Below are positions 13,119-23,363 of a stretch of 64,000 bases of DNA, in pieces. The stretch covers positions 83,142,001 to 83,206,000 of the forward strand of contig CM060731.1 of NCBI GenBank assembly GCA_030704615.1, given 5' to 3'. Within the stretch, counting starts at the first letter, position 1, and each line of letters starts with the position of its first letter. The notes below the pieces were generated by a model, which had not been told where the DNA came from, did no database searches, and saw only the letters and a program-made list of their open reading frames with translations. The stretch is from Takakia lepidozioides. Taxonomy: Eukaryota > Plantae > Bryophyta. The position numbers were made by a program, and so were the translations under genes.

Positions 13119-14700
13119 GGAAATGAGGTTCCGCATTTCCGTCTGGAGTGATACTTTCGATTGCTGCTGGACGGAAATATGGCGCCGCATTTCCGTTTTG
13201 CATCTTGGTCATGCACCAGAGCGACGGAAATGCGGCACCGAGTTTCCGTCCGGGGGAAACCTTTATACTCTCCAGAACGGAAATGCGGTAACGCATTTCC
13301 ATCCAGCAAGCACGGTATGTGAAGGTGGAACGGAAATGCGGTACCGCAATTCCGTTCTGATTGAGAATTATGAACAACGGGAACAGAAATGCGGCACCGC
13401 ATTTCCGTCCGAGTCGCACCTTCCGACATACCAAGACAGAAACACGGCGCCGCATTTGCGTTTTGTATCTGACGCATGGAGTTGAGGGATAGAAATGCTG
13501 CACCGCATTTCCGTCCGGGTGAGACCTTCATACTCTCCAGAACGGAAATGCGATACCGCATTTCCGTTCTGACTGAAAATCCTGAACCATCGGAACTGAA
13601 ATGCGGCACCGCATTTCCGTTTTATATCTGAGGCATGGAGCCGAGTGACGGAGAAGCTAGAGCGCAATTCCGACCGCTTGAGACATTTATACTATCCAGA
13701 ACGGAAATGCGGTACCACATTTCCGTTCTGACTGAAAATCGTGAACCATCGGAACTGAAATGCGGCAGCGCATGTCCATCCGAGTCGCACCTCCCGACAT
13801 TCCAGAACGGAAATGCGGCACCGCATTTCCGCCCGGGTGAGACCTTCATACTCTCCAGATCGGAAATGCGGCACCGCATTTCCATTCTGATTGAAAATCG
13901 TGAAACATCGGAACTGAAATGCGGTACCGCATTTCCGTCGGAGTCGCACCTTCCGACATTCCAAAACAGAAATGCGGCGCCGCATTTCCATTTTGTATGT
14001 GAGGCATGGAGCTGTGGGACGGAAATGCGGCACCGCATTTCCGTTCTGACTGAAAATCGTGAAACATCGGAACTGAAATGCGGTACCGCATTTCCGTTCT
14101 GATTGAGAATTATGAACAACGGGAACGGAAATGCGGCACCGCATTACCGTCCGAGTCGCACCTTCCGACATTCTAGAACGGAAATGCGGCGCCGCATTTC
14201 TGTTTTGTATATGAGGCCTGGAGCTGTGGGACGGAAATGTGGTGCCGCATTTCCATCCATGTGAGACCTTCAAACTTTCCGTCCAGGTGAGACCTTCATA
14301 CTTTCCCGAACGGAAATGTGGCACGGCATTTCCGTTCATCAACTAAGGTATGTGAAGGTGGAACGGAAATGCGGTACCGCATTTCCGTTCAGATTGAGAA
14401 TCATGAACCACGGGAACTGAAATGTTGTGCCGCATTTCCGTCCGAATCGCACCTTTCGACATTCCAGAACGGAAATGCGGCGCCGCATTTCCCTTTTGTA
14501 TCTCAGGCATGGAGCTGTGGGACAGAAATGCGGCACCGTAATTCCGTTCAACAACTAAGGTATGAAAGGTGGAACGGAATGCGGTGCCTCATTTTCTTCC
14601 AACAAGTACGGATGTGTAGCTTCGTGATGGTACTTAACGGAAATGCGGCGCCGCATTTGCATTTTCACTCCAAGTCATCAGACGCTGGGACGGAAATGCC
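13119..14700. repeat. Array 1 of 22-bp palindrome GGAAATGCGG(CA/TA/CG)CCGCATTTCC, ~29 copies, 53-bp period
   Basis: Copies start at 13173, 13226, 13279, 13332 ... 14233 in exact 53-bp steps (one very degenerate unit at 13650), then 14312-14524. The 31-bp spacers are drawn from about five or six recurring types. Confidence 0.95.
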
Positions 14701-16084
14701 TTGAAATGTGAACACGTGGAGCGAATTGCGGCACATGTCTGCATTCTATCTGACTGAAGTGGCATCAGGCGGCGCGGCCTGACCGTTGGATAATGATGTT
14801 TGTTTTTCGGACGGCAGGCGTACCCTGAACGATTCGAATTTCGTAATGACGCAAAGTCCACGAGGAGACACTTTCGTCCAACCCTTTCGAACCCAAGTGG
14901 TGCATCACCGCCGTTTCATCTTCTTTTGTCGTGTCTCCTCAGTCACCCCTCTCGCGCCTTTTCCATCTGCACTCTTTGCTCCTTTTCCCTGTCTCTGTTT
15001 TTCTTATGCTCGAACCTAAGAGAGAGGAGTGCGTGCACCAGAGAAAAGACATCGTCGCAAGCTCCAAAAATTGTACTTCGGACGTAGGCCAATGCCGAAG
15101 GGGAGGAAGCAGATGCGTCTACAAGAGGAGATTGCCATCTCGCAGCATCAGGCCACGCAGGCAACCCAGCCACTAGTGAGAGCTCCGTGCTATTGGGATT
15201 CGGCAGCTGATCGAGCACCGAAACCCGCCTCATTTTTCTTCTGCAATTCTTAGACTGTATGCTAGGAGACTTGAATGCAGAAGATGTTTGCATGCCTAAT
15301 CGGAAAGGTGGACGTGCTGGAATCGGAACCGCAGACAGAGTCCGTGGAGCTAGCTGCAGCACGCACACCCAGCCGATCCACGAGCACAAGTCTTCCTGCC
15401 GGGCCTAGCCCTGTGCGTTTCAAGGACGCGGCTTCCAAGGGCAAGTCTTTGTAGTTCAAAGCCCCAGAGAGCGACTCGCCTTCGAAGGTCATGGAGAATC
15501 GCCAACAGGGGTCTAGCCCTTCTCCAGCAAAGACGAAGAAGAAGCAGCCCGTCCTTCAACTTGTTTCTGAACCGGACCAGGCCGTTTCCCCCCCACCCAG
15601 GCGAATGAAGCAGATTCAATTGCAACAGACACCTTCACCTGCAAGAATGAGGAAGCACAAGGCAATCAGGGGGAGGGTGGAGCAGTCTCCTACAAAACTG
15701 ATTCCACGAGCTGAAGCCCAGTTCCTGCTTGATTTCTAGCCTAGTGATGTTGGGGGCGTCTCTGCTGTAGCGAAGGCAATGGGATCGACCGATTTCGTCG
15801 ATCTGGTACCGGAGGAGGGTGCTGCCTCTCAACGTTCGCAGCAAGACCTGACCACTGTTGAGGAAGATCTTCATAATACTGAAGGCCCGGAGGAGACCTC
15901 TGCGATTGCAGAATTGTCCGCAAAGATTCCACAAAGTGCAGCTCCAGTTGGGGATGCTCCAGCTGCTCAGCCCCTACCGCCACCAGCAGAAATGTCTCCG
16001 GAGGAATTCCAAAGTGCTGCGGATACAATGTTGGAGGAGACACATAGTAGCATTGGCAGAGTTCTGGGCAGCAGGGTATTCTAG

Positions 16085-16523
16085 CGGACTCTTCGAATCC
16101 CACTCTGTCGCATGGTCTCCCTTCCCATCGTCAGGCAGGCACTTCCCGGAGATGTGGATAAGCTCAAGTTCGCATTTCGAGAAGGGTACCGTCTAGGTTC
16201 GCCAGCCTTCTACGTTTCCCTTGAGAATGAGGACGGCGAATCTCGTGGACCCACTGCGGAGGAATTGTCAACATGGGATACCCACTGGCACACTTGCAAC
16301 GACGAATTCGAGGCAACACTGAAGGGTGATCCCGACTTCGGCCATATGTCGGGTAAAATGTTCTTTGTGTGGGACGGGAATCACCGACTTCTCGCCTGGT
16401 GGGAGTACATCAAGCAGAACCATGCCAAGCACATTGGCTGGCATTACATGGTGGAGTGTGTCATCCTCAAGGTGAAGGCGGCAGACTCCTCCTGCTCAAG
16501 AATGCCATGGCGGACCTCAACTC
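16085..16523 (+). CDS. ParB/Sulfiredoxin-like (ParB-N CTPase-fold) domain exon
   Basis: LPIVRQALPGDVDKLKFAFREGY...FFVWDGNHRLLAW carries the ParB-N features 'R...V..L...F...G' and hhhhDGxHRhxA. DGNHR is at 16373-16387. Confidence 0.7.
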
Positions 16524-18694
16524 GTAAGATACTCATACCCTCCCAAGCACGTTCGAAATGCGGTGCCGCATTTCGGTTTCCAATCTGTTTTGTTTCCGTG
16601 CTTTCGTGGACTGAACTGGAGAGTGTGCCTTGCAGGGTCACTGAAAATGCGTACGTGCATACCCACATGGCACATATGTTGTACAGGGTGAGGAAAACTG
16701 GTCTCACTGATCCGCACATGTTTGCGGAAATGCTGGAGCCCGAGCTCATTCGCCGTGGCAAAAACTGACCGGACATGGTATCGTCTCACTATGGATGGAA
16801 TGGTGGAGGTGATATACGAAGTAAGTCGTCCTCCCATTTCCCTCTGCTCATCCTTCCCCAATTTCCGGTAATCTTTCCACATGAATCGAATGTAACGCTT
16901 CTGCATGTTTTTGTTGGCAGTCAAACATCAAGCTGGATTTGGCCCATGCCAAACGCTTCTTCATGGAAAGTGAGGGGCAGGTCAAAACGTTGCAGTCATT
17001 GACTGAGCACTTGAAGGAAGCCGGGGTCAAGTCCAGAACGAAATACAAGTCAAAGCTTGTGAAGCTGGTGGCCATTGCAGATCCGGCACTTGGAAAGGAC
17101 TTCATCCCCGAGATTGCAAAACACTATTCTCGGGCCATGCAGCCGACCATGCAGTTGGAGAAACTGCATCACCTCTCAACGGCATGTGTTGAAGCGAAAG
17201 AGAAGGTGATGTTTCAATGCACTGAAGTTCCTTCCTAGCAATAGCCACTCTTCTTCCTGCTCCTGACATTGGATCGGAAATGGCAGACACGGTGGCTGTC
17301 GATCTGGAATGCATCGGAGAGTATAAGGACAATGTGGTCTTTTCCACTCGAAGTTTCCGACCCTGCAGTGGATGTGTGGCTCAACCGCATGACTTGGTGG
17401 TTCCAGGTAATTCAAGGTACTTCCCCATATTTGCTTTTCTGAAATGAATTCCCTGAACTGCTACGTGACAATGCATGTGGAATCGCAGGTAATGACGAAT
17501 GCGAAGGAGCAAGTCGTAATGCATACAAATTCGTTCGGCTTGTACGTCAAATGGGATGGAACACAGACATTGGAAGACTACGTGACACGTTTCAGATGTG
17601 CGTACAAGGACAACCTCTTCGCCAGGGAGCTGCAGACAGCAAGAAGGAGCGTGGAGTTTACACATCAGGAGGGAGCGGGAAAAGCTGCAATGCGAATTGT
17701 TTACAGGTGAAGCCCAGCTGTCCTTGTATGCGAAGCCTGGTTATGAGGTTTGTCTGGGAAATGCGGCACCGCATTCGCATTTTATGTTTTCGGTTGCACT
17801 CTGCGAGTACGTTGGTCTCAACTTTTGCTCACGCATGCTGACTGCCCTGCAGGTATATGAAATACGTGCTTCTTCAGACAGGGGCCCTGGCTCAAGAGCC
17901 CCCGTTCTTCATGGCTTGGACCGTGGCGGGCCCAAGCTGTGTCTACACACCCGAGATGCAGAAACAATGGCATGCCGCGCATCTGGTTGGATGCCCGTGG
18001 TACCTGGACATGTCTGGCGGAATTGTTGACGAGTCTGAGAAAGATCTGCACGCGAAAGCAAAGAGAAGAGAAAGGAAAGACGTGTCCCTGCTTGGGCCAG
18101 AGTCGGCAAAGGAAGCTGCTGCTCTGGAACAATCCAGAAAGGCAGCTGAGATGGCACAGAAGACGGTGGATGCAGCTGTGCAGGCTCAACAGAAGGGGTC
18201 CAAGAAGCGGACTCGCCAGCAAGGAGCAGCAGTTGTGACACCCAAGAAAACGAAGAAGCAGAAACAGATAGTGCAGGTAGAGGGTGAGGAAGAGGACTCC
18301 GATGGAGACTTTGCAACCAGCCCACCCCCCGAGACGCAGCCGAAATCCCCTGTGCCCACCGTTGTCACGAGAGGGACGAGAACTGGCTCGGCAAAGAAGG
18401 CACTCTTCAACCCCCCGGGGGGCACCCTTTCGAGCCGGTGGAAATGAAGAGGCCGAAAGTGGATCCCGATACAGTAGTCCAGTGTGTGAATGAGAGTTTC
18501 TTGGCGGCTTTGGATGGACGGGCAGCCAAGTTGGCATACATGAAGACCATGGAGGGTCTGAAGGGCAGAGCACTGAAGAAGGCGGCTGCCGAAGAGCCTT
18601 CCGACACCCCTGGGTTTCTGAAGATGGTCTCGTTCTTTGAGAGGGTGTGTGCAGACAAGGTTGCAGGAGGGGCGGAAATGCCACCGAGTGGTCT

Positions 18695-19630
18695 TGCGAT
18701 ATGATCATCTTGGATATTCCGGACGGAGAGCCTGTGGAAGGACTGCAAGCTTTGCCATCTTGGAACAGGTACTCCGAGGACTTTTGGAAGAAAGGATTCG
18801 GGCTCGCCCGCATGGTGTTGGACGACAGAGGCTGTGTGGTTGTCCTGGCGAGCAGAGGCAAAAACACGCAGACAGGAATTGCGAAGTGGACCCGCAAGAG
18901 CGCCGTCCCAATTCTGAAGAAGAAGTGGACGTGCATCAACACATTGGGCCTTTGGTCGGAAGGGAAGAAGGTAATTACGACATTGGCACTCGTCCTTTCA
19001 TTTTCTTAGGAGTTTTGAAATGCGGTGCCGCATTCGATTTCTTGTTCCCCACTGTGTATGCAGACAAAGCAGTTCGATGCATACTGCTTTGTGAAGGAGA
19101 ACTCCACCTTTGCTTTCCGGAAGGAGGGATTGTTGGTTGACCCGAACTGCGACCCCATCGATTACGACGTCCTGTTCAACAACGTTCCCACGGAACTTCT
19201 CCCTCATAGCCTCACTTCAACTGAACCCTTGCGGTATTCACGCACTCGGAGCCTTGCCTTCATTCAGACAATTATGGAGACATGCACTGACGTGGAGGGC
19301 ACAGTGCTCGACCTCATCTGTGGGACAGGTATGCAGAATCTTGTTGTATGCTATTCTGCAAACTCTCGTTATGCTTTCATTCGCAACATCTGAAGGGCCA
19401 TGTCATAATGTGTGGATGGCATTGTAACAGGTGCCTCAATGTGGGCTGGGCGGTTTTCCGACCGGCACCTCTTTGCCTACGAGGAGGACACATCCGTCTG
19501 GGGATCCCATCTGGAAGGGCTGCAACGGAATGTGAAGGCTCCCATTGAAGCCAAAGACTCCTCGGATTTGTCGGAGTCGGAGGAAGAGACAGTGGACATT
19601 GATGCCGAGGAGAACCCGCAATACGAGTGA
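18695..19630 (+). CDS. Beta-class amino-methyltransferase (N6_N4_Mtase-like) domain over three exons
   Basis: Motif IV-like CDMIILDIPDG (18695-18727); ARMVLDDRGCVVV (cf. ARRVLKPGGS). After splicing 19329-19430 the sequence reads RSLAFIQTIMETCTDVEGTVLDLICGTGASMWAGRFSDRHLFAYEED, matching motifs X-I-II. Catalytic motif before SAM-binding motif is beta-class order. Confidence 0.75.
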
Positions 19631-20343
19631 GTGCATTGTAAGTTTGCAAAGCCTTCTGGGTGATTTTTTGTCAAATGCATTTCCAGACTGTGGTCGTCAT
19701 TGGTCTCGTTGGTGATTGTTATGTGCAGGATTCCCGGATCCGGGTCGAAACATGTAGGGCCTACACTTCCTGCCAAGAAGAATGTCCCGTTCTTTGCGAG
19801 GCCCGACTTCATGACGAGCCCGGTGAAGGACTACTCCCTTCCTAGTTATGCAGCTAAACTCGCAAATACAGCGATTAGACGATGTGAGAATCCCAGTAAA
19901 GTAGAGCAGATTTTGGAGAGGGCTAGGGAGGACAGAAGGATAAGGAAAGAGTTGGCAACAGCTGAGACAGGTAGACAGGTGCGAAAGTTCATATGTGATT
20001 CAGCGGATGAGAGCGATGCAGACAGGGAGGACGACGAGCCAACGGAGGTGAGATGGTCGGTTCCGCAAGGTGAAGATGGGATTTTTGAAAGCCTGGCCAA
20101 CGAGCAGTCCGCTGGAGATGAGAAAGGCAATGACGGGGTGGAGGCGGAGCAGGACAGTCAAGGACAATCAAGGACAGGACGACGATAGTGATGATTTTCA
20201 AGATAAATAGAATTTTAATGAACTCTCTGTACATTTAAATTCTATTCCAAAGTATATAAAGGAAATTCTCCCCGTCCTTCATGTCCCCTCTCCCATTTGC
20301 CTCTCAACGACAACATCGTCCAAACCTGGTCCCTCCCAAAATC

Positions 20344-21312
20344 TGAAATGCGGCACCGCATTTCAATGTCTGAACGGAAATGTGGCAACTGCAAAAACCT
20401 CGTTTGGAAATGCGGCACCGCATTTCCAAAACCGGGGCAAGAACAATTTTCCGTTTCATGGTTTGGACATCAGAAACTGTTCGGACAAACGGAAATGCGG
20501 TGCCGCATTTCCGTTTCCGACACGGCAGTTTTGCCGATTGCCAGCTCCTTCCATGGAGGTAAATCGAAATGCCTAGGTCGAACATGGAAATGCGGTGCCG
20601 CATTTACCTTTTGGAGATGGACATTTTTCCAACTGCAGACCCATCGACGTTTTTGGGCTCCCCATACCATGATGCTAGACGGGAATGCGGCACCGCATTT
20701 CATTGTCCAATAAGAAATTTTGATGACGTACATGGAAATGCGGCGCCGCATTTCCAAAACGGACATCATTGTTTGCCCAATTCCAGACCCTTTGACGGAA
20801 ATGCGGCACCGCGTTCCATCGTCCTATAAAAACTTACATTGTCCTATAAAAACTTTCGATTGCCCAACATGAAAATGCGGCGCCGCATTTCCAAAACAGA
20901 CATCGTTGTTTGTCCAATTCCAGACCCATGTGGGCATTCCGTCTTGATGGACGGAAATGCGGCACCGCATTCCATTGTCCAATTCGATATTTTGATGACG
21001 GACATGGAAATGCAGTGCCGCATTTCCAGAACGGACATCATTGTTTGTCCAATTCCAGACCCTTCGACGGAAATGCGGCACCGCATTCCATTGTGCTCTC
21101 CGGAAATGTTGTGCCGCATTTCATTGTCTGGTACGAAATTTCGATGACGGACATGGAAATGCGGTGCCGCATTTCAAGTATGGACATGGACAAGCATTAG
21201 CAACTGGACATGCTTGGACAATTCAAGGTCCAATATGGAAATGCGGCGCCGCATTTCAAATTCGAAGTATGGTAATGCCATGTCAGGAAATGAAATGTTG
21301 TACAGCATTTCC
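20344..21312. repeat. Array 2 of the same 22-bp palindrome, ~15 copies
   Basis: Copies start at 20344, 20406, 20491, 20586, 20681, 20734, 20797, 20871, 20953, 21006, 21069, 21102, 21155, 21237 and 21291. Confidence 0.95.
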
Positions 21313-21665
21313 GTTACGACGACAACGAAGGAAAGGGAGCTGCCAGAAATCGCTGCATGGAGAAAAATGAAATGAAGTGCCGAATTTCCGAGCTTCGGCG
21401 TGTACATGTTTCCTACAACTCATAGATGGATTTTCTTCACCTCAAGACTCTGATATCGCTGACTCTGGTATAGTCATATGGACAGACACATTGTAGAAAT
21501 GAGACCTCAAATTGTAAACAGTGGGCCAATTACGGCAGTTCTTGAACACGATGAAACACAAGCACACAGAAGTGAGGTACGATGGGTTGTTTTATTGATC
21601 GAACAGGGTGTCTCACATTTAGCAACTCCAGACAAATCTAAGCCCTTCCTCCTTCTACATGGGCG

Positions 21666-22244
21666 TCACCAAGTCGACGGAACTTCGATAGCCCTCAAAA
21701 CAAGCTCATTACTGATGTGGCACCTGGAGGTAAACTGCAATGCGGTCGATCTGGTGCCCTTGGTGGAGCTGACGACAATGTCATGCCCATCAATCATACC
21801 ACCATCATACATTGACAAGGTCACTGTGGGCCTCCTGTGCCCGTGTGATTCGTCTTCGCAACTCAGCCGAATGTCTCTATACACTGGAAAAGCGGAGCGA
21901 ACTCCACGAATATAGTTTTCCCCGTTGCCGTCCTCCCTGGTCCACTGGCAGCAGTTCCAGCGCCAAAGTGAGGCCGTGCGTGATCTATCCGGCATCCCAT
22001 TCCACCTTGGTATATCGAGGTCAACAATTTTCAGGACCCAAGGACCGCATTGACCCTCGCCCTCACCTCGCTCAAAGCGGTAATAGCCCTCCAGATACTC
22101 CATTGCGCGCAAAGACTCCCGCTTGATTCCAGAAGCGTCTGTGAAAATAGAGAGCCAGACAATGATGTCTCCTGATTCAGGTTTGAACATAGCATAATCG
22201 TGGCCATGATAAGGGCAGTCAGCAGGATTTCGGCGGCACGGCAT
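21666..22244 (-). CDS. Uncharacterised intronless protein (~192 aa), paralog of 22800-23363
   Basis: Intact ATG-to-stop ORF that aligns end to end with its neighbour: MPC...DCPY.G.DYAM....SGDI..W, EYL.G.Y.FERG, RWNCCQWT, GVRS, DGGMI.G.DIVV, ELVLRA.EVP. Confidence 0.75.
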   Translation of the reverse strand: MPCRRNPADCPYHGHDYAMFKPESGDIIVWLSIFTDASGIKRESLRAMEYLEGYYRFERGEGEGQCGPWVLKIVDLDIPRWNGMPDRSRTASLWRWNCCQWTREDGNGENYIRGVRSAFPVYRDIRLSCEDESHGHRRPTVTLSMYDGGMIDGHDIVVSSTKGTRSTALQFTSRCHISNELVLRAIEVPSTW

Positions 22245-22799
22245 CCTTGAAAAAGAGTAGCGGAGTACGCTCAATGACAGTAGCTCCCGGATGGAGGAGG
22301 CAGCAGCGTGGTGGCTGGAAGAAATTCAAGCAAACGCTGCAATTCCTCACAAACACTCCAGGGCACATTTAAATTTCCCCCCGACAGGAACCTGCACGGA
22401 TGAAGATTGGATGCTCCATGAATGTAGCCGTTTCAGTTTCCTTCCCTGCCATGCAAAGTATGGGCAGTAAGTGCCAGCTGGGCCTATAGCCACTCGAGAC
22501 GACGAAGTCCATCCCTCCTTCGATGTAAATGCGGCGCCAAATTTCCATCCGGGGGATGGACTTCGGTGGCAGATTTCAAACTATACCCCGTGGATGAGAA
22601 AGAGGTATTGGTTCATCCACCGCTGGCGTGATGAACACGTTACACGATGATTGGTGGGTACTTGTGACCCAGATGCTCCATTATTGGAGCCCGCACTGCT
22701 CTTCCGCTTCTCATCATTTCGAAATCTAAGGGCTTTGTTGCTGTCCGCAAGGTCATTGTCACCGGCATCAAAGACGTCCTCAGGTCCTCCTTTGCAAGG

Positions 22800-23363
22800 A
22801 TGCCGTGCTTCCAGAACCGGGACGACTGCCCTTATGGAGGCATCGATTATGCAATGTATTCGGCCACATCGGGAGACATCGTTATCTGGTACACAGATTA
22901 CACAGAAGATACTGGTTCGAATGTGGAAACATTGTCCGCTTTTGAGTATCTCCCAGGCCAGTACGCCTTTGAGCGGGGTGACAATCTTGGTCTGAGGAGT
23001 CCGTGGCTCCTGCGCATCCTTGATTCCGATTTTCCCAGCTACGACGGGCACCCATGCAGAAGAATGCGCACTGCTATGCTGTTGCGGTGGAACTGCTGCC
23101 AGTGGACGTGGGTGGACTCCATCGGAGAGACTTATACTCCTGAAGGAGTGCGCTCATCTTCTCCATTGTATGGGGACATTTGCATTGGTGTGGAGGACGA
23201 AAACGTGAAGCTTTCCATATTCGATGGTGGTATGATTGAAGGGCAGGACATTGTGGTGAACATCAACAGGGGCGGTACAATAGCTGCAATCCAGTTTACC
23301 TGGAGGAGCCCAATGACTCATGAGCTAGTTCTCAGAGCAGTCGAAGTCCCATTGACAACGTGA
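22800..23363 (+). CDS. Uncharacterised intronless protein (187 aa), paralog of 21666-22244
   Basis: Intact ORF in head-to-head arrangement with its paralog and sharing the same motifs. Confidence 0.75.
   Translation: MPCFQNRDDCPYGGIDYAMYSATSGDIVIWYTDYTEDTGSNVETLSAFEYLPGQYAFERGDNLGLRSPWLLRILDSDFPSYDGHPCRRMRTAMLLRWNCCQWTWVDSIGETYTPEGVRSSSPLYGDICIGVEDENVKLSIFDGGMIEGQDIVVNINRGGTIAAIQFTWRSPMTHELVLRAVEVPLTT

Larger units (their letters stand above)
15029..20188 (+). pseudogene. Multi-exon ParB/Srx-like domain + beta-class (N4C/N6A) DNA methyltransferase fusion gene, with premature stops and frameshifts
   Basis: ORF pieces at 15029, 15491, 15779 and 16112 share one frame and are separated by stop codons, mostly TAG. 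GT-AG introns lie at 16524-16635, 16821-16920, 17707-17852, 18971-19063 and 19329-19430. The ParB motif is N-terminal and the MTase motifs are C-terminal. Confidence 0.7.

Noticed and set aside
13119-14700. True CRISPR array
   Set aside because: Spacers recur as a few types, no cas genes are visible, the context is eukaryotic, and the same repeat occurs singly in introns.
13012-14861. ORFs with EMRHRIS/GNAAPHF/KCGTAF repeats (also 20297-21407)
   Set aside because: These are translations of the palindrome in all six frames, not proteins.
17818-18942. 374-aa minus-strand ORF
   Set aside because: Antisense shadow of the plus-strand ParB-MTase exons, with no recognisable motifs.
15029-20188. 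Bacterial or phage contamination explaining ParB and the MTase
   Set aside because: Multiple GT-AG introns restore the motifs when spliced, and the gene is contiguous with plant-type transposons.
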